Part shown: piece after piece, positions 12,679-26,189 of the stretch | Layout: each line of letters starts with the position of its first letter | Position numbering within the stretch: position 1 is the first letter of the stretch | NCBI RefSeq assembly: GCF_006345805.1 | Contig: NC_042997.1 | Location: 131,626,001 to 131,690,000, forward strand | Origin: Octopus sinensis | Taxonomy: Eukaryota | Reading direction: 5' to 3' | Length of the DNA stretch: 64,000 nt | Translations under genes and position numbers: made by a program | Notes under the pieces: generated by a model | What the model saw: only the letters and a program-made list of their open reading frames with translations | Told to the model about the DNA's origin: nothing | The model's database searches: none

Positions 12679-12999
12679 GTGAGCGACGTTGCGAGTCTGT
12701 GAAAATGCCTTCGTATTTTTGTGACTAACTACCAATGCTGCTGCTTCTCGTACACCAAGGTGTCCAGGCTATTGATGTCCAGAGATGAAATGTTTATTCA
12801 GGCAAAATAAATTATTATTATTTGTTTGGCGATTCTTGTTCCCACTATTTTCCTTTCCTATGTAAGGAATGTAAGGAATTGTGTAAGGAATTGTGAGGCA
12901 CCCATCCAGTGCTAACCTCACATCTTACAAGGCCTTTTGATTAGATGTAACAGGCAAGGGAAAAGAATGTGGTAATGTAGATTGGGAATGTCAGTTGTG

Positions 13000-13200
13000 G
13001 AAAGAAGTACCATGTAATCTAAGTTGCATAACTATGTGGAAGAACAAGTGTGGAAAGACTTGAGGAAAAGTGGAGAAGTTTGATCTCAAGAAATTGGACC
13101 TCATGAAGGAGAATGACAAATATCCTCAACAAGTGGCAAAACACTGTGCTAGAGGAGACTCATCTAACCCATGCAAGCATGGAAAAGCAGAAGTAAAATA
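13000..13200 (+). pseudogene. RTE LINE 3' end relic (similar piece ~45300-45445)
   Basis: GKT*..DLKKLDLMKE resembles the RTE C-terminus, followed by the CCATGCAAGCATGGAAAA tail. Confidence 0.55.
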
Positions 13201-13312
13201 ATACATTTGTCTTATATTTATTCATTTATATTTCTCTGTTTTGTCTTGTAGTCATTCTTTTGTTTATAACGGTATTTATGTGTACACATATAAATTTATG
13301 CATCTGTGTGTA

Positions 13313-13358
<46 letters not shown>

Positions 13359-14377
13359 GCATTAATTTGTATGTTTGTGTTTATTAGTGTGTGCGTTTGA
13401 ACATATATGTAGATCTGTTCAAATCTGTGTTTGACATTTAAAAATACTTCAACTGCATCTTTTTTATCTTTTTTTTCCACTGATCTGTCATGCTGTTTTT
13501 TTATTTATTTATTTATCTATCTATTTATCTATTTATTTTACTTACATTTGAGACACTCACTCTGCCTGTTTGTCTATCTTTAGTAAACGACTGTACAGTT
13601 TATAAGACAGGCCCAGGACTGGTCTGAATATAGTACACTGCAAACATCACACACAAGAGGAAATTATACTTCTCACACTGTTTACAGAATCTAACAAGTG
13701 TTGGGAGAGGAGACTGGTTTTAATTTCTCTATTTTATATATATATATTCTTTATTTTTGCCTTTTGGCCTTTCACTGTAACTCAGTTAAAAGGGTTCTTT
13801 TATATATATATATATACATACATATGGATACACATTTACACACATAAATCTAATCACTCACGTGTATATATAAAAGGAAACTTAATTATTTTCATATGAG
13901 TATATTCTAAAAAGAAGTTCAGTGATTTTTTTTTTTATCATTTTGTTTCTGATAATTTTTTTTTAAGCACTATATTTTCCATTCTTCAACTGCTGCCTTG
14001 AATTAAATCTACAGTTGGAATATTCCATATTATATCTTTGGTAAATTTTGAAGGTGGAAGCATAAAAGTGTTGAAATGGTAAAGAAAGAAAAACAAATAC
14101 AGACGGAACCCTCACAAACCTGGAATAAATAATAACAGAGGTTAAAAAAAATCAGATACGAACATTTATTATTTACACTACATACATATTGTTTATTTAA
14201 TTTTTATAAGAAGCAAAGAAAAAAAAAACAAAAGATCCCTTCTGAAAATAAGAAGACAGAACAAAACAACAAAAAATGCCAAAAATTGAGATTCTTTGAT
14301 GAGACTTAATGAAGCTGCTCCTTTAGTCATTTGGATTAATCTGGATGTTACATTTGGGAAAGTAACACATATTCACA

Positions 14378-14412
<35 letters not shown>

Positions 14413-14926
14413 TATACACATGCATGTATATATGATACATACACATAAATGGTAAATAACAAGGAATTGATTTTCTCACATCTGGATTTATTGATTGATT
14501 AATTAAACAGCTCATAAGTATGGTAGGAAAGAAAGATTCTTTTCTTTGGTTCTTCATTTTTGGTTTTCACTTATTGACTCATTGTCACTTCCTAATTATC
14601 TGGCATATCATATCGGTTCTATAAATATTTATTTAGATAATTTTCCCCCCGAAACTCTTCTGTTTTGCATTAAGTTTGCTTTCTTACCATTTAGTGTACC
14701 AGAAATATAAAACAACTCATTTGCGTACTTACTTCAAATGAATTAATTTGTGTGTGTGTATATATACACACACACACACATACACATACATATTCAAACA
14801 CTTACATACATAGCAATACATAGAACCTATTTATACATGCACACACATTTAAAGTGACTTGTATTGAAATGTTTATTTTCCCTTTCTTGCTATATTCAAC
14901 GAAGATATAAATATGAAGGAATAACA

Positions 14927-14971
<45 letters not shown>

Positions 14972-16782
14972 CTTTGTATTTGTGTCATATGTTCTTAAAG
15001 TTTATTTTAGTAATTGTGGCTAAGGCTTTGTTGGAGTATCACCTTTTCATGTGTAAAAGAGTTAGGGTTACCTATTCGTGCCTAAAGATTTTGTGAAAAA
15101 GGATCTTACGGTTCATTCTACTTAACAGTTGATTGACAAAACGCACTCACACACACACACACACACACACACACAAATATATATAAATATATATATATAT
15201 TCAAATTCACAGATAGATATATAGATATATGTTTACATTTATGGTAATATACATTTATATCTTTTAGAGATGTTATGAAGTGTCTGCATATAAATGTATA
15301 ATACACAAACACACGCACACATATATTGTATTTAATCTGCTCTTTGCTATACTGCATGTTGGTCTGTTTTTGGCAGTTCTAGTAATATGTCAGTATTTCT
15401 GAGAAGTGATTCCTATCTCCTTGCTCAACTTGTCTCTGTTCGTGGGGAAAATGTCACTGTGAGTTGCTCCCCATGACCCTTTCTAAAGTGCAGTTTAATT
15501 GACTCTGTGAAAGAGACAGCGAGGAAGACTGAATAATCAACACCCCTCTCTTACTTGATTTGTACTTTATTTATTGATTTAAGATGGATGAGGAATAAGA
15601 TTAATGTGACCTTAGGTTTTAGCAGGGCTTGAACTCAGAGTGCATGAAGCTGAAACAAATACAGCAAGGCATTCTGCCCTGATACTCCATCAACTTAGCC
15701 TAGTCACATCATATATATATATATATATATACCTCACATAGAAAAATGCATACAAGCTAATTGTACATTAATTTATATTACACCCTATTTTCTATTGAGT
15801 GTATATGTTATACATATACACTCACACACATGGATTTAGCCAAGTATCAAATTACACATTGGCATCTGTTTTGACCTTGAATTGCAAATGTGGAAGATTT
15901 GTTTGCCAATTTTCATATGAAATAAATTAAAAATAAATTTCAGGCCCAATGTTGACTGTTTTTGAGTATTTACTCTGAGAAATTCCAAAACAGAATAAGA
16001 ATGAATTTATTCCTGAGTTTCATTTAAACAGTGTTTCCTTTGTACAATGATAAACCTTGATGAAAATTATAGCAATCATTTGTATCTCTTACCCTCATTA
16101 CTAGACATGGGCTGCCTTGAAAAAAAAAATTGCACCCACACATAATATATAGAGAGATACTGTATATTTAAACCTGTTAGTAGGGCCACTACATAGTCAT
16201 TTGGCCTCCTAGAAATAGTAACCAAATCCTTCTCATATCACAGCCTGTCATTAAAAACAACAAAAGGACAATGTAAATCATTATACATTACACCTGAAAA
16301 ATAATGTCTGAAAGATCAAGAGACATAAGCAAATAAAGAATTAGGAAGTTAAACTAGCTATATTTGCAGAAGAACTGAAATTGGTTTGGTTTGATTCTTC
16401 ACTTTAAGCTAGTTTTTAGGTTTGAAGAATTCAACCAGTACAGCAGCCTTGCTTTTTATTACAGCAACACCAATATCCAAAGAATTATTGCCTATTTCTT
16501 TGGATGTTTGCTACTAGATTTATTTGTAAAGTTTAAATTAAATGAAAATTACATTGTTGTCACATAGCTGTAAGAATGTATACACTCCATAACATCAAAC
16601 ACAAATCTTTTATATTTGATTGGTTGATGATTAATAATCTCCCAATATCTCTTAATTATTTCTGAGAAGTTGTCTATTATTATTATCATCACCCTCATCC
16701 TCATTATTATTATTATTATTCTGAATATAAATATTTAAGCGTTTTATTATTTCCCCCTTTTTTTTTTATTTGCACTTTTAAG

Positions 16783-16830
16783 ATTCTTGAAGATGAAAGT
16801 GTAGAGAAAGCACGCAATATAAACTATTGA
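16783..16830 (+). CDS. candidate alternative last exon or microexon (ILEDESVEKARNINY*)
   Basis: Very strong acceptor TTCCCCCTTTTTTTTTTATTTGCACTTTTAAG; phase-0 frame open for 15 codons to TGA; no strong donor. Confidence 0.35.
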   Translation: MLEDESVEKARNINY

Positions 16831-17411
16831 ATTAGAAACAACAACAGTAGTAGTAGTAGTAATAATAATAATGATTATTTATTTATTTGCCTCAATGGCT
16901 ACAAAAATGGTACATTACAAAACAAGTATAAATAACAAAATATATATAACCAGGTGCTAGTCAGCAGACACATATATAGGAAATATAATTTATCATTACA
17001 AGTGAAATATCTATGGCTAAATAGGAATATAATAAATAAGAATATAAGAATAGTTGTATAGTTATCATATAAGTCATGTTTTATTTCCTTTTTAGTGCTC
17101 ATAATTTCACTAGAAATTCTCTCTTTTGTTGGTAATATCAACAAGCATTTATTGGTGTATTTTCAGGATTCCACTTTGAATTACTTTCTATTTGCCAAAT
17201 TAAAGAATGCCACTCACAACATTATTAACACTTTATCATGTACTTCAAATTGCTTACTGGCAATTGGTTTCAAGCAATCATACTTGCCTTGTATACACTC
17301 TAATTCAGTGTTATCTCTTGTAATTGCTAATGGACTGCGTTTCCTAGTTCTGTAACCACCTGTTATGATTTGGAAAGTTACATAACTAACACAATGTTTT
17401 CATGTGTTCAG

Positions 17412-17442
17412 AGAAATCGGAAAAGTTTTCTAGATGATAAAG
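17412..17442 (+). CDS. 31-nt exon A of unidentified gene (RNRKSFLDDK), phase 0->1
   Basis: ACTAAC branch point, TTTTCATGTGTTCAG acceptor, AAG|GTAAGA donor; only frame 0 is open. Confidence 0.65.
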
Positions 17443-17550
17443 GTAAGAAAATCTATAAAAAAAATATAAAAATAATAATTTTGCATTTTCTTCCATTAAA
17501 TAATTATCATTGCCTTCTTCTCTCTTTCTCTACTGTTTTATTTGTTGTAT

Positions 17551-17946
17551 TACTCTTTTACTTGTTTCAGTCATTTGACTGTGGCCATGCTGGAGCACCA
17601 GCTTTAGTCGAACAAATCGACCCCCAGGACTTATTCTTTGTAAGCCCAGTACTTATTCTATCGATCTCTTTTGCCGAACTGCTAAGTTACAGGATCATAA
17701 ACACACCAGCATCGGTTGTCAAGCGTTGTTGGGGGGGGGGGACAAACACAGACACACAAACATACACGCACACATACATACATATATATATACATATATA
17801 TGATGGGATTCTTTCAGTCTGTCCAATCCACTCACAAGGCTTTGGTCAGCCCGAGGCTATAGTAGAAGCCACTTGCTCATGGTTCCACACAGTGGGACTG
17901 AACCCGGAACCATGTGGTTCATAAGCAAGCTACTTACCATACAGCC
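17551..17946 (-). mobile_element. SINE family 1
   Basis: Collinear with 8907-9341. Confidence 0.9.
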
Positions 17947-18519
17947 AAGCAAGCTACTTACCATTGTTTCTTATAATGCTTGATATAATTTACTTTAAAG
18001 CTATAGAAGTGAATTTTAAAATATCACTATGAATATTTAGTCTTTCTCTTAAATAATTGTTGTATATATTTCCATATTATCTCACAATGTCATATTTGAA
18101 AGAACTAGACGCCTATGCATGTTGGGATATTTAACCTGAGTCTGTTTGATGCCATAAAACTAGGGCTATACCCAGCCCTGTGAAGCCTCTTTGGGTTTAC
18201 ATAGCATTAGCATATTTAATAGTTGTTTCATTGTGACTCTGTACTTAGCTATTTGTGGGTCCTCACTTTACCTACACGACAGTAATAGGTCACAAATCTG
18301 TTGATAAATAAACTCTGTAACTGATGAATATCTATCTGAAGTGGTGTCGCATTTTATCTCTGATTCACTTAACACCGCATAAACAGAACCAAAGAGTAGC
18401 TTTAGGTCTACTGAAAGTTCTATAGGGTATCTGACATTTTACTTTTGTCTGAATCTAAGAATTTTATCATCTCTGTTTCTAAACATCACTATTTTAATAA
18501 TTTTATTTCGTCTGTTGTA

Positions 18520-18895
18520 TACTCTTTTACTTATTTCAGTCATTTGACTGCGGCCATGCTGGAGCACTGCCTTTAGTTGACCAAATCGACCCTAGGACTT
18601 ACTCTTTGTAAGCCTAGTACTTATTCTATCGATCTCTTTTGCCGAACTGCTAAGTTACAGGATCGTAAACACACCAGCATCGGTTGTCAAGCGATGTTGG
18701 GAGGGGGGGGACAAACACAGACACACAAACATATACACACATATATACATATATACGATGGGCTTCTTTCAGTTTCCATCTACCAAATCCACTCACAAGG
18801 CTTTAGTCGGCCCGAGGCTATAGTAGAAGACACTTGCCCAAGGTGCCATGCAGTGGGACTGAACCTGTAACTTACCACACAGCCACTCCTGCACC
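18520..18895 (-). mobile_element. SINE family 1 with ~30-bp deletion in the head
   Basis: Collinear with other copies except for the missing GAACCATGTGGTTC segment. Confidence 0.9.
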
Positions 18896-19024
18896 TGTTG
18901 TATAACTATAAAAATTAAATTTTTTTTTTCCTCCATATCACAAGTTACTTCCCAAGTAGTTTTTCCTTTTTTATCATTTGCCATCCAATAAATGAAAGCA
19001 TCATCACCCTCATCATTCATTGTT

Positions 19025-19223
19025 TTAACCCTTTAACATTCAGGTTATTCTGTCAAATGTAATGCTTATTTACTCACACTGTTTTGAACTAATCACGATG
19101 TGATTGCTTATTTTTAGAAGGACATAGTAGGATAGGTGTGAGAGGCTGTTTTGAAGACTGGTTTGAAGATAAAATGTAGAATATTTTGACCAGATCTGTC
19201 TGGTTTCAATGTTAAAGGGTTAA
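19025..19223. mobile_element. piggyBac-like MITE family 1
   Basis: TTAA-CCCTTTAACATT...AATGTTAAAGGG-TTAA. Confidence 0.85.
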
Positions 19224-19537
19224 TGTGTTAATTTTTTTACATTATTGTTATGACTTGGAGATATTTATCATGTAACATTTGCCCATGCACCTTAGTTTAA
19301 TTTAACCATGTCGTTTTGGTTCAAGTTTTCTTCTATTTACTTCTACCATCGGTGTCACCCAACATACATTTCTATAACTTTGTACCAGTATATCCTCCAT
19401 GTACTTTTGATAATGCTTTTGATATCATAACCCTGTATTTCTTAAGATGGTCTTAAGGGTATATGAAGTAACCGCAAAAATGAATTTGAGAAAAGGTAGT
19501 TAGGACAGCTCTGCTTTTCATATGAAAATATAGACAG

Positions 19538-19583
19538 GTGGGCTGTAAGTATGTCCATGCTGAATCCATATTGAATAAGAAAA
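19538..19583 (+). CDS. candidate 46-nt exon D (VGCKYVHAESILNKK), phase 0->1
   Basis: AAA|GTGAGT donor, weak GACAG acceptor, frame 0 open. Confidence 0.3.
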
Positions 19584-19886
19584 GTGAGTATTAAATTGCT
19601 GAGGCTTATAATGGTGTTTCGTTAAGATTGTTGAAGTGCTGATCATGAAAAACATAGGCTAGATAGCATTGTCAACTGTTTTTGCTTTCATGCATCTCAT
19701 TTGACATATCGAAAGAGTGTCAATGGCACAGACCTAGTTTTGTAGACAATGATACATAATTAGCAAGTGAAACAAATGTTTATGATAAAAATCCATCAAA
19801 TTTTTCCTTTTTATTTTGGCTTTCATTGAGAAAAAGGCCAACAACTATTATTCCTCACTGTTGAAAATGAAGTATCTTGGGGAGTT

Positions 19887-20115
19887 TTAACCCTTTTGTT
19901 ACTGTATTTATTTTGAGATACTGTGTGTTTCCTTCAATTACTTTAAATATAACTAAGAATTTAGTAAAATAACTTAATTATCATTAAGCTCGTGTTAGGA
20001 ACATAAATTATGACTAAGGTTTCGTGGAAGATTTTTAATTCAAAACTTATGAAAACAAGACATTTGTACTCAGAGCCAGAGCTGGTTTCAGCCGGGTTGG
20101 TAACGAAAGGGGTAA
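19887..20115. mobile_element. piggyBac-like MITE family 2
   Basis: TTAA-CCCTTTTGTTAC...GTAACGAAAGGG; internal sequence shared in reverse with 58740-58916. Confidence 0.8.
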
Positions 20116-20364
20116 CTAATAATAATCCTTTCATCTATAAGTACAAGGCCTGAAATTTTTGGGAGTGAGCTGGTCACTTATATTGACCCAAGTGTTTCAC
20201 TGCTACTTATTTCATTGACCCCAAAAGGGTGAAAGGTAACATTGGCCTTGATGGAATTTGAACTCAGTGTAAAGATGGCTGAAATGCCACTAAGCATTTT
20301 GCCCAGTGTGCTATCAATTTTGCCAGCTTACCGCCATAATAATAATAAGAAGAAGAAGAAGAAG

Positions 20365-20790
20365 ATGGGCTACAGCAAATATTCTGCTCAATACCACAGA
20401 TTTGCATGTCATTTGTTTGATCATAACCAGTTGAGCATGTCCCTTAGTGGCTGATGATATGTGCATCTCAGATCATGAGCAGAAGTAGTTGGGGAGCATC
20501 ATAGCCATGTGTGTTGAAAGAAGTTCTTTGAGGTTTGAATCATTCACCTCTGGAAACATGAGTGTTTCGTTCATCATCCTTAAAACAAACCTTATTCGAG
20601 GACCTTTTGAGTAGGATGGGTTATTCGACTGGAAGGAAATTCTAACTGGGCCTCACCACAATTGGTTGTGATGCATGTGTCTGGTGTACCCTTATCAGAT
20701 GGGTAGTCATGATGGGTATACTGGGTTTCATATATTTTACCCCAGTATCACTTTCTCTCACTCAATAATAATAATAATAATAGTAATAAT
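20365..20790 (-). mobile_element. repeat family 5, truncated
   Basis: GATGGGCTACAGCAAATATTCTGCTCAATACC...CTCTCACTCAATAATAAT, aligns with the 47020 copy. Confidence 0.85.
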
Positions 20791-22394
20791 AAAGTTGTAT
20801 TGACTTCTGTTTGGTTGCTATTGGTTTTATGAGGCACAGGAAGTTAATAAAATATAAGACTGAAATTAAGTTCTTTGTTGGAACGGATGTGGGATTTAAA
20901 GAAAAAAAATGTTTCACTGTTTTATTTAGTGTTGGCAGAAGGATAATGAGAGTGACACAAGATCTGAATTAAGTATGTTTGATAGTAAATCCTTTGGGGA
21001 ACCATCCTGTTTTAGTTAATTACTAGCTATGGACATGTTATTTTTTTAAAAGGATTTAAAGTATATGGGCTTGTTATTTTAAGACTGGAAAAAAAGTAGG
21101 AGTCAAAGAAACTGCAACATGATGGGTTAAATATGGCTTGTATTTTATTTTCTCTGTCTACATTGTGTGTTCAGATCTCACCAGGATCAAGTTTGCTTTT
21201 ATTCCTTTAGGGCCAATTGAATAAGGACCAGTAGTCTAATGATAGTGATTCCTTCCCTATAAAAATTTGCAGTCTTCTGTCATGGAGAGAAATTATTATT
21301 CTAAGACTGTGTATTTATAGCATCCGAAACTATATGGATTTATGGAACCTAAAACAGTATCTAATTGTATTGTCTGAAAGCTAAAGACTTGTGTCACAAA
21401 ATGCCATATTTGTGTCACAGTGGGGTGTAAGATTTGTGCAACCCAAGGCTATAGAAATTGTTTGTACCCAAAGATTTATGAGAGCAAACTGATATTTTTA
21501 CTATAGAAAATAATAAAATGTGTTGGTGTTTCTTGCTTTATCTGATTCAAAATTTTTCATTTCCCCCTTTTCCTGTTTTAATAAACAAACAATTTCTCTG
21601 ACTCCACCATTTACAATCTGGTTAACTTAATCGCTGTGATTCTGATTTGAGTTGCTATCCTCACTTGCTTATTGCCAGCAACAAAGACCCACAGTTGTTT
21701 GACCTTCTATATTTACTCCATGCTCTTTTGTACTCTGTTTTACTAGAGAGAACAAGAGGGATGAAGGAAGGCAGGAGAGTGTGTATGTGTGAAAGTGTTT
21801 GTATAAAAGTTTTGTCAGTCTATGAGACGATGTACATATGTAAGGAGAGTGTTTGTATGTATGTATGTGTATATAAGAGAGAATTTAGAAAAGTTTGTAG
21901 GACAGAAAGAGACTAGGAAATTGTTATAGACAGACAGAGAGCAAAAGAGTAAGCAAAAGATGTTTAGAAGGAAAGGATGAAGTGCAAAAAAAAAACAAAA
22001 ATGAAGCATTTAAAAAAAATGTATGAAATAGAATTATATACACAAACATACATCAACAGTATTCTGCAGTAGTTTTATAATATTCCACCCCCGCCATCCA
22101 GCTTCATTACATCATCTATTAGTTTAGATACCCTGTAGAAATCGTTTGATAAATACATGCTGAAAACAAGATTCAGCTATTTTGTTGTACTTTTCATCAC
22201 TCTGTTTACTTCGGCTGACCTAGATGAGCATTTGATCTCACACTTGAGTGGCTAGTGCTAATGGTTGGTTATTGCTGTTGCTATTTAGATATGCCCTACT
22301 GCCCATAGTTTTGATTGAGCTGTTCTATGATCAAAGGCAGTTCTGTTTTATGTGGGGGAATCTGGGACTGCATTATCTAAACTGTCCTTCCTTC

Positions 22395-22745
22395 CTGTAC
22401 TAAGATATTGGGGTGTGGGATTGAAGGAGATTTGGCATCTATTTCTTGCAGGTCAGCAATTATATAGAGACCTTCTGTGGCTAGTGCTTCGCCTACAGTA
22501 CAACACTAGTTACTGTCTGTAAACCAACCGTGTGTAGCTTAATGCATTTTTTTAGTTGGTTCTTTTTGTATTAAGATATTGGAGTGTGTGACTGAAGGGG
22601 ATTTGGTATCCAGTTCTTGGAGGTTAAAAAGCCACATTGAGGCTTTTTATGGTTGGTCGGTACTTGGTTTACAGTATGGCACTAGTAACTGTTTAACTGG
22701 CCATGTGTAGCTTAATACTTTCTTATATTTGGTCTCTGTATTTAT
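22395..22745. repeat. diverged tandem dimer of a ~175-bp unit
   Basis: GTA(C/T)TAAGATATTGG...GATTTGG...CACTAGT...GTGTAGCTTAAT occurs twice head to tail. Confidence 0.7.
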
Positions 22746-24955
22746 AACACTAAATTACAATATTTTAACTTTTCTATTTAGAATTTTGTGTTCTAAACAT
22801 TGACATATGTATGTTACAATTACCACCACCATCAACAACATTATCATTACCATCATCATCACTATCATCATCACTCACAACTGATGGCTTGTTTATTTTT
22901 TTTTTCCCCTTCTGTGTGGTTAAATCAGACATATTTGTCTCCTTCCAGCATGTCTTGTTCTTCTAGTTGTTAGTCATTTCCTCTGTAGATATCCTACTTT
23001 TGGAGGTCACTTTGGCTATCTTGTTCCATATTTTGGTTGACTATTCTATCTGACCTCCACCCAACTAAGTAAAAACTACACACACACACACACACATTAG
23101 CCTACAAAGTCTATTACACATGTCTCTTTGTCTGCAACTTTGACTATTTATTTGCAGCCGTTTTTTTTGGGAGATATCAAAGTATTCTACTTCCTCTACA
23201 GTTCCATTTAAATGGTTTAGAATTTTTATTTTTATTTTTGCAACTATTAATGTTCTTTCAGATTCATTGGTAAACATACTCTGTATGCCACAATACCATC
23301 ACCGTCAATGTCTCTACATACAGACATAGAACAAATATATTTTTCATATGAGTGACTCAACAACATCAGATCTCACTTTACTATATTTTCCAATGGTTTT
23401 GCATTTTTTACTCAGGGTCCATCATCCATTCATAATCCATACCCAGATCCCTTCAGTCACCACTCCTGCCTGCTTCTTATTTCTTTATTACCCACAAGGG
23501 GCTAAACATAGAGGGGACAAACAAGGACAGACAAAGGGATTAAGTTGATTACATCGCCCCCAGTATGCAACTGCCATTTAATTTATCGACCCCGAAAGGA
23601 TGAAAGGCAAAGTCGACCTCGGCAGAATTCTGCTTCTGCTGACATCTTTAATTGTAATCTTCTCATTCAGCTCACCTGTAATTTGACAGATTGCATGTAC
23701 TTTTACTCATGGAAAACAGTACATTGTAAAACATAATAGGAAACATACAGGAACATGTGAATGATAGTATAATGTAATGAGCTTACTGTATATAGTGCTT
23801 AGATGCACTACAACTCATCAAAAAAAGTTAAAAAAGGTGACAGAGGAGACATCATCATTGTTTAATGTCCGCTTTCCATGCTAGCATGGATTGGACGATT
23901 TGACTGAGAATTGGCGGACCAGATGGCTGCACCAGTCTCCAATCTTGATCTGGCAGACATGTAAGGAGACATGTAAGTGAAATAGAGAAAGACCGTTATG
24001 AAGGCCAGAATTAAATGCACAGAGCAGAGAATAAAAGTGTCATAAAGAATAAGGGTGCGTAGGTATTCCAGGAGTAATGTTGGTGAATTTTGAGTAGCAT
24101 GGAATCTTTGAAGGCTGCAGTGTCCTGACAATAAACAACAGATATTTATAGTTTATTCCATGTTTAGCATGACATTGTCTGATCTTGCTCATAATTGTTG
24201 GTGTATTTGTTTTAACAGGTTTTTGGCATTGATTAAGTGGGTCTTCAACATAACATCTTTCAAATTCTAGCATAATAGCTTTTTTTCTCCTAAGTTTTGT
24301 TTGAGCAAATACCAGCATTGGGACCTTCTTTTAATGTCTCATCTATCATACATTATCACCCTTCACATGACATATCCAAACCAACATAAGTTAATGTTCA
24401 ATCTTACATCAAAGCAATTGATTCCTGGCCATTATCTGAGCTCATTTGCACTCATCACCATCATCATCATTTAATATCCATGTTCCATACAGGCATGAAT
24501 TAGATGGATCAATATGATCTGACTAGCCTGAGGACTGAGTTGGTCTCCTGTGTCTGCTTGGGCAAGATTTCTGACGTTTTGGGTAATATTCATTGTCACC
24601 ATTGTTTAATATCAACTTTTCCTGGCTTGCATGGGTTGAATAGAATTTGCTGAGGCAGATTTTCTCTGGTCAGATGCCCTTCCTTTTGCCAACCCTCATC
24701 TGTTGCCAAATAAGGTAATATTTCCCTTTGACTAGATGTATCTCTGAAGATTGGAAACAAAGGACACTGCCTGCATGACAGTGACACTCGCTTACAACTA
24801 TCATATGATTTCAAGTGAAGGAGACTAACATACACACATATGCATATATGATGGGCTTCTTTTTGTTTCTTTCTATCATAGCCATTAATAAGGCCTTTGG
24901 TCAGCCCAAGGCTCACTCTTGCCTACAGTGTTACAGTGTGGAACTGAATTTGAAA

Positions 24956-25458
24956 CATCATCATCATCGTTTAATGTCCGCTTTCCATGCTAGCATGGGT
25001 TGGACAATTTGACTGAGGTCTGGCGAACCAGATGGCTGCAGCAGACTCCAGTCTGATCTGGCAGTGTTTCTACAGCTGGATGCCCTTCCTAATGCCAACC
25101 ACTCCGAGTGTGTAGTGGGTGCTTTTACATGCCACCGGCATGAAGGCCAGTCAGGCGGTACTGGCAATGGCTACACTCAAATGGTGCTTTTTATGTGCCA
25201 CCTGCATAGTAGCCAGTCCAGCGGCACTGGCATGACCTCACTCAAATATTTTTTCATGTGCCACCAGCACAAGTGCCAGTAAGGCAATGCAGGTAATGAT
25301 CACACTCGAATGGTGCTTTTTACGTGCCACCGGCACGGAGGCCAGTTTGTTACTCTAGCAATGATCATGCTCATATGGTACTCTTAGTGCTCCACTAGCA
25401 TGGATGCCAGTCATCGAATTTGATTTCGATTTCACTTGGCTCAACAGGTCTTCGCAAG
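24956..25458 (-). mobile_element. RTE-tail-bearing repeat family 6 with ~65-bp internal subrepeats
   Basis: (CAT)n tail, CGTTTAATGTCCGCTTTCCATGC, GGATGCCCTTCC; GGTGCTTTT..GTGCCACC unit repeated about 5 times. Confidence 0.8.
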
Positions 25459-26189
25459 TAGCGTTTGGTGTGCTTGCGAAGACCTGTTGAGGCAAGTGAA
25501 ATCGAAGCCAAATTAGGTGCAAACTTCTTATACACTCAACCATAGTTGTGAATTAAAAACTTAAAAGATGTTGGCATGAAACACAGCAAAGATGTGAGTA
25601 AGCCGTAAAAAGTGCATGTGTTAACTGGAAAATTGATATGACTATCAGAACACAGAAATATGCTAACATGCTGGATACTATATACCCTGGTAGATAAAGC
25701 AAAACGTATATGTAACACAATGGAAAGCCTAATTTCAGATTAGGGAAGAAAAAAAAAATTTGGACACTAAAACAAAATTCAATTTTAATTTCTGACATTT
25801 GGAATTCGTGAAAATAATTGGCGAAGATTTTAAAATGGGTTTGTTTTAGATTTATGTAACTAAAGGTCATGGGGGAGTTGTTGAAACTACTAACAGCATA
25901 AATCATAATTTAGTTTTTTGATATGTAAAAAAAAAAAAAACTAATATATTGATTTATTTATAATTTGGCTGATGTTTTTATTTTTCATCTTTTTTTTTCC
26001 ATTTTTAATGAGTGGAAATTAGTTTTCTTGCTCCAGGATATAGCATAATGTGCATGTAACAGGATATAGACTTCTGGGAGCTTTGTAAATTTAATAACTT
26101 GGGTATCATACATCACATAAAGCAAAGATATTGGTTTATTTTTTAGCAGGGGGGAGGTGACATGTGGGGAGGATATAACATAAAGGGTC

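Noticed and set aside
14064-14088. 25-nt microexon
   Set aside because: Weak pyrimidine tract and a stop in the expected frame.
24040-24318. 92-aa minus-strand ORF
   Set aside because: No motif or convincing splice sites; length attainable by chance.
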